From the IMG/VR virus record IMGVR_UViG_3300031952_004642: a stretch of DNA of 64,000 bases. One strand, 5' to 3'. The stretch's first letter is position 1. Each line of letters opens with the position of its first letter. Shown piece after piece: positions 27,635-35,979 of this stretch. The position numbers and the translations under genes are program-made. This DNA comes from a virus (lineage: Duplodnaviria > Heunggongvirae > Uroviricota > Caudoviricetes). Under the pieces are notes generated by a model. It worked only from the letters and a program-made list of their open reading frames with translations, had not been told where the DNA came from and did not search any database.

Positions 27635-29111
27635 CTCCGATTCTTATCTGACGGCACTCGATTAAATCTTTAGGCGAGCATCCAGCAGCACCACCACCAG
27701 CACAGGCACAGGCACAAGCACACGCACTCACACAGGCACAGGAAACGCACCCACCACCATCAGATGAGCCGCCGCCTGTCGAGCCTTCAGAGCCACCACC
27801 ACCAGAAGACCCACCACCGAGATGGTTTATGGCATATGCAGATGAATGGCCAGTCGACGCAATCCATGGATAGAAGATGAACCATGTCAACAGGAAGTCG
27901 TCCTCATCCTTCTTTTTCTTCTCATCGAATTCCTTCTCCTGCCCGAGGCGCTTGGCCTTAATCAGGTCGAACATGCCCTTGTCAAGCCAGATTCCATTAC
28001 ATCCGCTGCAACCATATAACACAAGACCTTCCTTGTGGGTGGCCTTGATTTCAGTACCATTGCATCTCGGGCATTTCGATACATGCTTCCAAGGTGTCAC
28101 GGTGGATTTCACATCAGCATCGAAAACAGCCCAATCGCTCTCCTTGGCTTCTTGTTTGACGAGAGACTCGATTTCACCTTTGTCGAACCAAGCACCACCG
28201 CAGACCGCACAACCATTTATGACAACGCCTTTCACATATTTCCTGTTGATAGGAGAGCCGTCCCTCGGACACTTCATGTTTATATTCCTGACTACAGGGT
28301 CGTCCTCGTAATCTTCGATATGGCTTCCGAGAGAGATGGATGGTGAATCATAAGATTCACTTTTTCCAAGTCCCGTCGCAAATCGCAAGATAACATAAGA
28401 AAGACAAGCAAGCAAACCGATTAGAAGCATTAACGGTATCACATCATTGCTTATGTCAGGAACAGAACCAACAGAATTATCAGAAGGCTGGAGATTTGTA
28501 AACGCCTCGACGGGCATCCTCATCCCGACAGTTTTCTTGTCCCCACGACCAACGTTCTCCCATTCCCATATGACCTTGCCCTCTTTGAATACGGTCGGCT
28601 GGGAAGATGTTATAACAGAAGTGACATTCGTATCATTGGAGATTTGCATGATGACGGAAAGGAACTTGGTCTGAGCCCTGTCCCACCATGATGGAGTGAA
28701 CTGGACAGTGGCATTGCCGTCATAAAGGTAGACGAAATTATGCTGAGTGGCTTTGAAGGTGAACTCAGAATGCTGGCCCGCATAGATGGTATCGGATAGC
28801 TCGACGTACACGCCAGACCAGCCCATCTTGTCGTCATGGCGCACCGAAGAGGCGGAACCACCCCATTCGATTATCTCATAGTCAGCGGTCGGGAGACCAA
28901 TCATGACCCAAGGGATGTTTCCAGAATCGCACTGGATATCAACAGTATATCTGATATCGGCATCACCATTAGAATGGATTGTCAGCTCAGCGATTTCACG
29001 GTTGATTGTATAAGTGCCAGTGTCAGCGAGCACTGAAGACACGGACAGCGCAAAGATGAGCAGCAGCGTGCCCAAAATGACCAGATTCATGTCAAAATCC
29101 ACCATCAGCAT
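27612..29111 (-). CDS. DUF2207/TPM-like membrane protein with two zf-TFIIB-type zinc ribbons and Gly/Ser then Cys/Ala low-complexity tail; start probably at an internal Met near 29111 or 29090
   Basis: Signal/TM at the N-terminus, about 250-aa ectodomain, TM. CPRDG..CAVCGGAWFDKGE and CPRCN..CSGCNGIWLDKGM match the CPxC..CxxCxGxWxDxGE pattern. Tail GGGSSGGGGSEGSTGGGSSDGGGCVSCACVSACACACACAGGGAAGC. The ORF-table start at 29249 overlaps the rSAM gene by 145 nt. Confidence 0.6.
   Translation of the reverse strand: MLMVDFDMNLVILGTLLLIFALSVSSVLADTGTYTINREIAELTIHSNGDADIRYTVDIQCDSGNIPWVMIGLPTADYEIIEWGGSASSVRHDDKMGWSGVYVELSDTIYAGQHSEFTFKATQHNFVYLYDGNATVQFTPSWWDRAQTKFLSVIMQISNDTNVTSVITSSQPTVFKEGKVIWEWENVGRGDKKTVGMRMPVEAFTNLQPSDNSVGSVPDISNDVIPLMLLIGLLACLSYVILRFATGLGKSESYDSPSISLGSHIEDYEDDPVVRNINMKCPRDGSPINRKYVKGVVINGCAVCGGAWFDKGEIESLVKQEAKESDWAVFDADVKSTVTPWKHVSKCPRCNGTEIKATHKEGLVLYGCSGCNGIWLDKGMFDLIKAKRLGQEKEFDEKKKKDEDDFLLTWFIFYPWIASTGHSSAYAINHLGGGSSGGGGSEGSTGGGSSDGGGCVSCACVSACACACACAGGGAAGCSPKDLIECRQIRIGGVHDVKD
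27682..27745. repeat. GCACAG/GCACAC microsatellite-like tract encoding (Cys-Ala)n
   Basis: CACAGGCACAGGCACAAGCACACGCACTCACACAGGCACAGG inside the 3' end of gene 27612-29111. Confidence 0.6.
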
Positions 29112-30418
29112 CTCCTCTCTATTTTGCGATAGCTGAGCGGGCATCCGCCGCCGCATTCCTCGAAATCGAAACAGGATTCGCATTCCTTGGGAGCAAACCC
29201 ATGAGACCTCAGCTTCACGGCAAGCTTGGAATTCCACATCGATTCCCATGAATCGGTCAGGATATTCCCAAGATTCTCATGAGTCCAAGACTGGCAGGGA
29301 ATGACATTCCCATTCGGCTCAATCATCATGTTCACGGAACACGCAGAGCAGGAACGGATACCGAACCCGAGCTTCATCGGATTCAGATTCTTGTAGCATG
29401 TAGGCAAGAACCAGTTGAACGAGACCCCGCCATTTTCGGCGACCTTCTTGGTATTCTTCAGAATCTTGGCAAGAGTGCTTTCGGGAACAGAGTTCACCTG
29501 CATCACATTCGTGGCATCGCCCGAATTGATGAGGGCATTGCAAGAGAACTGCATGACTCCAAGAGATTTACCGAACCGAATCAGGTCGCAAATCATATGA
29601 AAATTCGCATTTGTGATGGTCGTGTTGATGCTCACATCAAGACCAGCATCAACGCAATTCTGGATGCCATGGATAGTCTGTGCGAACGCACCAGCCCTCC
29701 CGACCATCTCATCATGGATGTATGGGTCTGATGATTCGAGCGTTACCTGAACCCAATCGACCTCGGCCACCCTGAGCTCATCAGCGAGCTTTTTGGTAAT
29801 CCGAGTGCCATTGGTTATCACACCGACTGAGAATTTCCTCGCAAATCCTGCGAGCTCTGGAAGGTCTTTCCGCAGGGTGCATTCCCCACCAGTGAAAACA
29901 ATTTGAGGGATTCCTATTTCCCAGAGCTTCGTGATGACCTGCTTCCATTGCACAGTAGAAAGCTCATCAGAGGTCACCTTCCTCGATTCTTTCGAAAGGT
30001 AGCAGTGAGGACACTCATTGTTGCATGAATATGAAAGAGAGATGTCCATCCGATTAGGAGCTTTCCTGTCATTCGGATTGACATATTTCATACCGACAAG
30101 GTTCTCAGGAATCTTGCCAGCAGCTACAGAATTTATGATTCCGAGAAGCTGATTAAGGTCTTGCTTGACACTCACATAACCGACTTTATATTTGCGCACC
30201 ATCTGCTCGACTACCCTGTCCTCGATACCAGAATCAGAAACATAACAAGAATCGATGAAACGGCTCAGAAGCTCCGTCGCAGAACGATTTAGAAAAAGAA
30301 CGAAAGTATTGTTGACCCAGAGCTTGCCCTCATCGGTGCGCAGGTGAAGCCTGACACCATCCACAGTCACATGCTTGAGGACTGCATCCTTCTCAAATAT
30401 TCCACGACGCAAGTTCAT
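29105..30418 (-). CDS. Radical SAM enzyme with C-terminal SPASM domain and about 130-aa N-terminal extension (RRE-like), peptide-maturase-like
   Basis: CNNECPHCY (CxxxCxxC); GGECTL glycine-rich SAM motif. C-terminal SCSACS ... PCQS ... CESC..ECGGGC is SPASM/twitch. Confidence 0.8.
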   Translation of the reverse strand: MNLRRGIFEKDAVLKHVTVDGVRLHLRTDEGKLWVNNTFVLFLNRSATELLSRFIDSCYVSDSGIEDRVVEQMVRKYKVGYVSVKQDLNQLLGIINSVAAGKIPENLVGMKYVNPNDRKAPNRMDISLSYSCNNECPHCYLSKESRKVTSDELSTVQWKQVITKLWEIGIPQIVFTGGECTLRKDLPELAGFARKFSVGVITNGTRITKKLADELRVAEVDWVQVTLESSDPYIHDEMVGRAGAFAQTIHGIQNCVDAGLDVSINTTITNANFHMICDLIRFGKSLGVMQFSCNALINSGDATNVMQVNSVPESTLAKILKNTKKVAENGGVSFNWFLPTCYKNLNPMKLGFGIRSCSACSVNMMIEPNGNVIPCQSWTHENLGNILTDSWESMWNSKLAVKLRSHGFAPKECESCFDFEECGGGCPLSYRKIERRC

Positions 30419-30576
30419 CCATCAACACCCGTCGGATTTTCACCAATCTTCTTGTTCCAAGCCTGATGATTCATGATGAGCTGGTCAACAGCTTGATACA
30501 TATGTTTGAAATCATGCAATCTCATGAACTTGTGAAGCCATGTATATGCATCAGGAGTTACTAGAATTTTCGGCAT
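30418..30576 (-). CDS. Unlisted 53-aa ORF MPKILVTPDAYTWLHKFMRLHDFKHMYQAVDQLIMNHQAWNKKIGENPTGVDG, candidate substrate peptide
   Basis: ATG at 30576 overlaps the TPM stop (TGATG). Its TGA overlaps the rSAM ATG (ATGA). Translational coupling on both sides. Confidence 0.35.
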
Positions 30577-31268
30577 CACAAATCACCCTCCGAGCCGCCA
30601 CCACCTGAGGAACCACCGCCGAGCGAGCGAGCGCCTAGGCTGAAACCCAGAAACAGAAGGCTTTCCGCACCAATCAGAAAAAGAACCACTATGATAATAA
30701 TTATGATTATCACAACCCACACCAACTGCTCCCAAGTGAATTCGAAACCGCCTATGCCGATAGTCTCGACTACAGTCTCATTGCCGACAAGCATGCCTGA
30801 AATCTCACCGTATGTAGACAGCAGGCCTTCACAGAACATGTCCTTGGAAGCTGATGGTTTCAAGTAATCATCAGCAAGGCGCAAAGTGTCAGCATCTGTT
30901 ATGTCGCCCTCAAGGCCATATCCGACCTCAAACCTGTATTTCCTGACATCCGAAACGATGAGAATCAGCAGACCATTGTTCTTATCACGCTCACCTATCC
31001 CAGCTTCACGGAAAAGACCATTCGCATACTCACTGAGGTCGGAATCGCCGATAGTTGGGATGGTCACGGTCACGATTTCGGCAGTGGTCTTGTCATCTAT
31101 ATTTTTGGCGATGGTTTCGAGCTGGTTTTCGCATGGTGTGTCAAGAATTCCAGCATAGTCGTTGATATATGGTTCGACGACTGGATATTTAACGGCACTG
31201 GCAGCAACGGAAAGCAGGACAGATGCTAGGCATAAAAACAGCAACATTTCAAGAGCATTTTTCAGCAT
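30576..31268 (-). CDS. TPM-domain (YgcG-like) membrane protein
   Basis: Signal peptide. YINDYAGIL ... EIVTVTIPT ... YANGLFREAGIG ... NGLLILIV ... RFEVGYGLEG. C-terminal TM of VVIIIIIIIIVV. Gly-rich tail GGGSSGGGGSEG. Confidence 0.8.
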   Translation of the reverse strand: MLKNALEMLLFLCLASVLLSVAASAVKYPVVEPYINDYAGILDTPCENQLETIAKNIDDKTTAEIVTVTIPTIGDSDLSEYANGLFREAGIGERDKNNGLLILIVSDVRKYRFEVGYGLEGDITDADTLRLADDYLKPSASKDMFCEGLLSTYGEISGMLVGNETVVETIGIGGFEFTWEQLVWVVIIIIIIIVVLFLIGAESLLFLGFSLGARSLGGGSSGGGGSEGDL

Positions 31269-31297
31269 TTCATCACACTATTACAATTGATGTTAAG

Positions 31298-31323
31298 ATA
31301 TTTAAAGTTTCGATAGTTTACGG
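31298..31323 (-). promoter_or_regulatory. BRE/TATA promoter-like element for the TPM operon
   Basis: Minus strand reads CCGTAAACTATCGAAAC-TTTAAATAT about 30 nt upstream of ATG 31268. Nearly identical to the element at 32499-32524. Confidence 0.4.
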
Positions 31324-31511
31324 ACGCTCTTATTCCCCCAGCGAGTGGGTTGAGCAAGAGTATGAGCCCCGAAGGGTCGACAACTACGCCGAAGCGCTTG
31401 TGGTTATCTCCTGCTGAATGAAACTAAGCAGGCAGGAATCTGATTGAGGTCTTATATCTGCCGAACGCCTCGGCGGAATCCCGCCCGCCGCTGTTTAGGG
31501 AAGATGTGAAA

Positions 31512-32480
31512 TCATTTCTTCTTTCCGCTCATCGGTATCGGCGTAACGCCCGCCGCATCGGAAATGACATTCACAAGGCTCACTTTCGCTGGGACGATTA
31601 TCTTGGTTCCACGCTTCAGCGCATTCTGGGCAGTCTCCAGCTTCTTGAATGTCACTGCCTCATCCTTGAAATATTTCTGGATTGAAGTGTTCACGGTCTG
31701 GATGGCCTTCGCCTGCCCCTCAGCTTCAAGGATTGTAGCCTGCTTCTTGCCCTGTGCTATAAGTATCTGAGCCATCTTATCACCCTGAGCGGATTTGATG
31801 TTAGCACGACGTTTGCCATCCGCTTCAGTTTCCGCAGCGGTAGCCAAGTCCAGAGCAGCCTTCTTTGTGTTCTCGGCCTTGTTCACGTTGTTCATGCTAT
31901 CCTGAACGTCCTTCGGTGGCCTAATCTCCTTGATTTCGGCCCGCACGATTTCCAGACCCCAAGGCTTCGCTTCCTTTGCCAGCAGATTCTGCAACTTGGT
32001 GTTTATCTCGTTCCTCTTGCAATTGGCATCCTGATACGACATGTTGCCGATGATGTTCCTCAGCGTGGTCTTCGCAAGGCTCGTAATCTGATAGCGGTAA
32101 TTGCTCACATTATATTGGGATGCCTTCACAGATGTCTCATCGGGCTTGACCTTGAAATAAACCTGAGCATCGATGGTCGCATTCAGCCTGTCCTTGGTGA
32201 TTATCTCCTGCGCTTCCAAGTCCTCAATCTGCTCAGTTATGTTAACTTTAATCATCCTTTCCAAGAACGGGATTATCACATGGAACCCTTGGTCGGAAAG
32301 GCGCTTATATTTTCCAAGACGCTCAACTAAACCCTTCTCGGTAGGGCGCACAACCCGAATGCCCATGAAAAAGATAACGCATAAGATGGCCAGCAATCCA
32401 AGAATGCTCATCCATTCTCCGATATAGAAAAGAAATACAGATAACACAAACAGCACGATGACGGATATCAGGCCTTTCAT
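31512..32480 (-). CDS. SPFH/band-7 (stomatin/prohibitin-like) protein
   Basis: N-terminal TM. VRPTEKGLVERLGKY..G.H.IIPF .. ITKD .. IDA.VYF .. LAKTTLRNIIG .. WGLEI..VEIKEI.PP. Ala/Lys-rich coiled-coil tail. Confidence 0.85.
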   Translation of the reverse strand: MKGLISVIVLFVLSVFLFYIGEWMSILGLLAILCVIFFMGIRVVRPTEKGLVERLGKYKRLSDQGFHVIIPFLERMIKVNITEQIEDLEAQEIITKDRLNATIDAQVYFKVKPDETSVKASQYNVSNYRYQITSLAKTTLRNIIGNMSYQDANCKRNEINTKLQNLLAKEAKPWGLEIVRAEIKEIRPPKDVQDSMNNVNKAENTKKAALDLATAAETEADGKRRANIKSAQGDKMAQILIAQGKKQATILEAEGQAKAIQTVNTSIQKYFKDEAVTFKKLETAQNALKRGTKIIVPAKVSLVNVISDAAGVTPIPMSGKKK

Positions 32481-32498
32481 ATGATATCATTGGCAGAA

Positions 32499-32524
32499 AG
32501 CTTTATAAAGTTTCGATAGTTTAC
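32499..32524 (-). promoter_or_regulatory. BRE/TATA promoter-like element for the SPFH gene
   Basis: Minus reads GTAAACTATCGAAAC-TTTATAAAG 21-30 nt upstream of ATG 32480. Directly abuts the transposon end. Confidence 0.4.
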
Positions 32525-32541
32525 GGCTTTGCACTTAAAGT
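32525..32541. repeat. Left 17-bp terminal inverted repeat of the transposon
   Basis: GGCTTTGCACTTAAAGT, identical to the reverse complement of 35958-35974. Confidence 0.8.
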
Positions 32542-32611
32542 GATTTCTGCACCTAAAGTCTGAAATTTGCACCTAAATTAACGAGTAAAGGGGTCAAAAA
32601 CGTGTTTAAAT

Positions 32612-33469
32612 ATGAAAAATACAATTTTTAATATGCCATTAGATTTTAGTCAGGCTTACTTTCAGGGAGAATTGGAGAAGAAAGTGAGAAACTTTGAAAA
32701 GATAAGAAAAACAACAGTATTATTATTCAATGCTGATATGGAACCTCCTGCTGTAGATTGGATTTGTAATATGGTAAGAAAGAGAAAAATTAAGGGGGGT
32801 GTTGATTTTTTCATTGAATCTGCTGGGGGTGATTTGGATTCTGCTTATCATATTGGCAAATTACTCCAAGAAAGTGTAAAGGGTAAGCTCACATTTATTG
32901 TTCCAAGGTATGCGAAGAGTGCAGCGACTTTGTTGTGTTGCGCTGGGGATGAAATAATAATGACGAGAAAAGCGGAATTGGGACCATTAGACCCACAAAT
33001 TAGGCTTAAAGGTGAAAGGTTTTCGGCTCTTGCAGTAAAAGCTGCATTGGGTCTTATTAATCAGAATTATACTGATAAGAAAACCAGTTTGGCAAACAAA
33101 CTTGCGACACTTTTGCCTTCACCCTTAATGCTCGGCGAACTTGATAGGTCATTGGAGATTTCTAAATCTTATTTAAATAAACTTTTGATGGGTAGAATGT
33201 TCAGAAACGGAAACAACAAGAAAAAAGTAAATGATATATCAGAAAAGCTTGCAAAGAAATATACTCACCATTTATATGTAATAAATCATGAAGAGGCAAA
33301 AAATGAGTTAAAACTGAAAGTAAGATTACCGAGTCTGAAGGAAAACGATTATATTTATGAGATACACAATCTTCAAGCGAAGATTAATGAAATCAGGGTC
33401 ATTCAAAAGAAATTATCCGAACACGCATTGATGAAACGTATTATAAACAAAATGGATGTGAATTTATGA
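32612..33469 (+). CDS. ClpP/crotonase-fold serine protease of the SDH (serine dehydrogenase proteinase, S49-like) family
   Basis: GGVDFFIESAGGDLDSAYHIGKLL ... TFIVPRYAKSAATLLCCAGDEIIMTRKAELGPLDPQI matches the family core (fIhSpGG ... vP..A.SAgTliAlaaDeIvM...A.LGPiDPQ). Confidence 0.65.
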   Translation: MKNTIFNMPLDFSQAYFQGELEKKVRNFEKIRKTTVLLFNADMEPPAVDWICNMVRKRKIKGGVDFFIESAGGDLDSAYHIGKLLQESVKGKLTFIVPRYAKSAATLLCCAGDEIIMTRKAELGPLDPQIRLKGERFSALAVKAALGLINQNYTDKKTSLANKLATLLPSPLMLGELDRSLEISKSYLNKLLMGRMFRNGNNKKKVNDISEKLAKKYTHHLYVINHEEAKNELKLKVRLPSLKENDYIYEIHNLQAKINEIRVIQKKLSEHALMKRIINKMDVNL

Positions 33470-33603
33470 ACAATGAGAAGACAATGAAGGAAAAAGGAAA
33501 TAAAAGTAGATTTGAAGACAAGGATTTTGTAATAACCGATAATATGATTTTACAAGTAGACGAGAAAAAGTGCTTTACGTGCAAAAATAGATTATTCTTA
33601 TAG
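33466..33603 (+). CDS. Unlisted 45-aa ORF MNNEKTMKEKGNKSRFEDKDFVITDNMILQVDEKKCFTCKNRLFL, coupled to the protease gene
   Basis: Its ATG overlaps the protease TGA (ATGA). Confidence 0.3.
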   Translation: MNNEKTMKEKGNKSRFEDKDFVITDNMILQVDEKKCFTCKNRLFL

Positions 33604-33611
33604 AATAAATC

Positions 33612-33809
33612 CTATTTTTTGTTCTTTAATTCTTTTTTCAGCGCATCTTCCACGAGGCTCGATGCATCAGTATTTCTATCTATGGCTTCGTGTTTTACAG
33701 CTTTCACTAAGTCCTCGTTTATACTCCAAGTTATCTTGACCCGTTTGCTCTTCTTTTCTACCATATGTATATACATATATACCGATAAGTATTTAAAGCT
33801 TACTATCAA
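33612..33809 (-). CDS. Ribbon-helix-helix (CopG-like) small DNA-binding protein
   Basis: KITWSINEDLVKAVKHEAIDRNTDASSLVEDALKKELK follows the RHH pattern. The real start is probably an internal Met near 33764. Confidence 0.5.
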   Translation of the reverse strand: MIVSFKYLSVYMYIHMVEKKSKRVKITWSINEDLVKAVKHEAIDRNTDASSLVEDALKKELKNKK

Positions 33810-33832
33810 ATACTTATACAGAAATACCGAAA

Positions 33833-35062
33833 GTGGTATTAAATATGGTGATAAATATAACTCAAAGAGAGATTAAGGGGTTCCAAATCGCCCAGAACGG
33901 AAGGATAGCCGAGACGCCGAAGGGCTGGATAGTCCCTTCGCAGAGCGGTAACGGCTCTTATCTGGTCTACAAGGACGGATTCCAGACAAGATGCACCTGT
34001 CCCGACAGCGAACTTAGAGGGGCAGAATGCAAGCACCAGATAGCCGTCAAGCTCTTCTACCACGAAGTCGAAGACGGACAGGGCAACGTAACGGTCACGA
34101 AAACCGTAAAGGTCACATATCCGCAGGATTGGAAAGCCTACAACGAAGCCCAGACCTCGGAAATACGCCTTTTTGATGCTCTCCTGAAGGATTTGGTGGC
34201 TGGAATCGAGGAACCAAAACAGGAGAAGGGCAGACCCAGATTAAGCCTTCAGGATACCGCCTTTTGTGCCATCCAAAAGGTCTATTCCCAGCTATCCCAG
34301 AGAAGGGCTCATACGCTTTATAGAAACGCAGAGGGGAAGCAACAGATAGGGCATTCCCCACATTTCAACGCAGTGGGTAAACTGCTTAACAGGACTGATA
34401 TAACGCCGACATTATACAACCTTTTATCGGTCTCCGCTTTGCCATTGAGGGGCTTAGAGACCACATTCGCCCCCGACAGTTCCGGTTTCAGGACAAGCAA
34501 ATTCGGGCAGTATGCAATCGAGAAATACGGCATCATGCGTAAGCACAAATGGGTCAAGGCTCACATTCTGACCGGAACCAAGACCAACATCATAGCATCA
34601 GCGAGGATTACAGAGGAGAACGGAGCGGATTGCCCCCAGTTCGAGCCTATGGTTTCCGAAGCCCACAACAACGGTTTCACAATCAAGGAAATACCGGCAG
34701 ATATGGGCTATTCAAGCCGGGAGAACTACAACCTCGCAACGAGCATAGGGGCCAAGGCTTACATACCATTCAAATCCAATTCAACCGGCAAATCCAGAGG
34801 CTCCTACACATGGATGAAGGCATACCATTATTTCATGCTGCATAGGGACGAATTCATGGAACATTATCACCAGAGGAGCAACGTGGAATCAGCCTTCAAC
34901 ATGGTAAAGGCGAAGTTCGGCGACAAGCTGAAATCGAAGAATTGGATAGCACAGCAGAACGAACTCCTATGCAAGCTCATTTGCCATAATATCGTGGTGC
35001 TAATACATGAAATGTATGAATTGGGAGTAAAACCGGATTTCTCAGTTAATAGCGTCAATTAA
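33833..35062 (+). CDS. IS4/IS5-family DDE transposase with N-terminal SWIM zinc finger
   Basis: CTCPDSELRGAECKHQ is a SWIM CxCx(n)CxH. ADMGY carries the second catalytic Asp. YHQRSNVESAFNMVKAK gives an exact Y-x2-R-x3-E-x6-K signature. Confidence 0.85.
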   Translation: MVLNMVINITQREIKGFQIAQNGRIAETPKGWIVPSQSGNGSYLVYKDGFQTRCTCPDSELRGAECKHQIAVKLFYHEVEDGQGNVTVTKTVKVTYPQDWKAYNEAQTSEIRLFDALLKDLVAGIEEPKQEKGRPRLSLQDTAFCAIQKVYSQLSQRRAHTLYRNAEGKQQIGHSPHFNAVGKLLNRTDITPTLYNLLSVSALPLRGLETTFAPDSSGFRTSKFGQYAIEKYGIMRKHKWVKAHILTGTKTNIIASARITEENGADCPQFEPMVSEAHNNGFTIKEIPADMGYSSRENYNLATSIGAKAYIPFKSNSTGKSRGSYTWMKAYHYFMLHRDEFMEHYHQRSNVESAFNMVKAKFGDKLKSKNWIAQQNELLCKLICHNIVVLIHEMYELGVKPDFSVNSVN

Positions 35063-35195
35063 TGTTTGTTTTGTTTTAAATTGATTTATAAATTAGTTTT
35101 ACGCATATATACTCATGGAACATCTTGATGGGAGGGCAAGATGTGGCGACACATATGCTTTTATTTCTTCCATATAAGTTAAAAGGGAGTATGAT

Positions 35196-35441
35196 ATGAC
35201 CGAAGAGCAACTTTTAATGGAAATGAAAAATTTCGATAGGGATAGTGATTTGTTTAACAAATCAATTAAAGCATTAAGAAAAGATTTTAAAGACAAATTT
35301 GTTGCATTCAAAGATGGTAAAGTCATTGCTAATGGGTGTACTTTCGATGAACTTAGAGATGTAACTGAAAAAAAACACATCGATTTGGGTTCTTGTGTTG
35401 TTCAGTTCATTCTGGAAAAGGATGTTCTTTATATCTTATAG
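35196..35441 (+). CDS. DUF5678-like small protein (81 aa)
   Basis: KFVAFKDGKVIANGCTFDELRDVTEK pattern. Own TATA (TTTATAAATT) about 100 nt upstream. Confidence 0.45.
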   Translation: MTEEQLLMEMKNFDRDSDLFNKSIKALRKDFKDKFVAFKDGKVIANGCTFDELRDVTEKKHIDLGSCVVQFILEKDVLYIL

Positions 35442-35467
35442 TTCAAACAGTGAACCGGCGAACTTAT

Positions 35468-35902
35468 ATGAAGATTAAACTGAAGAGTGCTAAATCTTTG
35501 GGATTCGATAGAGATATGGCGAGCATTGGCTTTAAGCACCCACAATTCGCAAGGGTTTTTGATAATGCCATAATTGATACGGGTTGTCCCTATGTTATCA
35601 TTTCTGAGAGTGTAATTAAAACGAGGAGGATGCCTTATAAAAAATATCCCAAACTTGAACTGGAAAGCCCACTTAACTTGGGTGGCATATTAATGGAATT
35701 GCGAGATTTGGGTGAATGCTCGATATTTATGTTTGATACAAACGATAAATTAAACGAATTCAAACATCGGGCATATGTGGGTGTTTCATTAACTCCAATC
35801 AACATGAAATTGCCTTCTTTCATCGGTATCGATTTTTTGAAAAAAAATAAATTGTCAATAAATTTTGAAGAAGATGGGAGTTATTTGATAAAAAGTCAAT
35901 AG
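35468..35902 (+). CDS. Retropepsin-like (clan AA) aspartic protease, archaeal AF_0612-type
   Basis: AIIDTGCPYVIIS contains the D-T-G catalytic triad in a hydrophobic context. Size is about 145 aa. Start taken at MKIKLKS; the listed ORF begins upstream at 35393. Confidence 0.5.
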   Translation: MKIKLKSAKSLGFDRDMASIGFKHPQFARVFDNAIIDTGCPYVIISESVIKTRRMPYKKYPKLELESPLNLGGILMELRDLGECSIFMFDTNDKLNEFKHRAYVGVSLTPINMKLPSFIGIDFLKKNKLSINFEEDGSYLIKSQ

Positions 35903-35957
35903 GTTCTATTCTGCACTTATATTCTATCATCTGCACCTAAAGTAGGGTTTTGAGGCG

Positions 35958-35974
35958 ACTTTAAGTGCAAAGCC
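35958..35974. repeat. Right 17-bp terminal inverted repeat of the transposon
   Basis: ACTTTAAGTGCAAAGCC, followed by the 9-bp target duplication ATAGTTTAC. Confidence 0.8.
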
Positions 35975-35979
35975 ATAGT

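Larger units (their letters stand above)
32525..35974 (+). mobile_element. 3.45-kb AT-rich transposon (IS4/IS5-family, cargo-carrying)
   Basis: Perfect 17-bp terminal inverted repeats GGCTTTGCACTTAAAGT at 32525-32541 and 35958-35974 (inverted). Flanking 9-bp direct repeat ATAGTTTAC at 32516-32524 and 35975-35983. Subterminal TGCAC(C/T)TAAAG copies on both ends. AT content is much higher than the flanks. Genes here are plus-strand, unlike the rest of the window. Confidence 0.7.

Noticed and set aside
33751-35116. Inner imperfect inverted repeats (CCATATGTATATAC / GTATATATGCGTAAAAC) as the ends of a separate 1.37-kb IS
   Set aside because: The match is only about 12/14. It is superseded by the perfect 17-bp outer repeats with a 9-bp target duplication, which define the functional unit.
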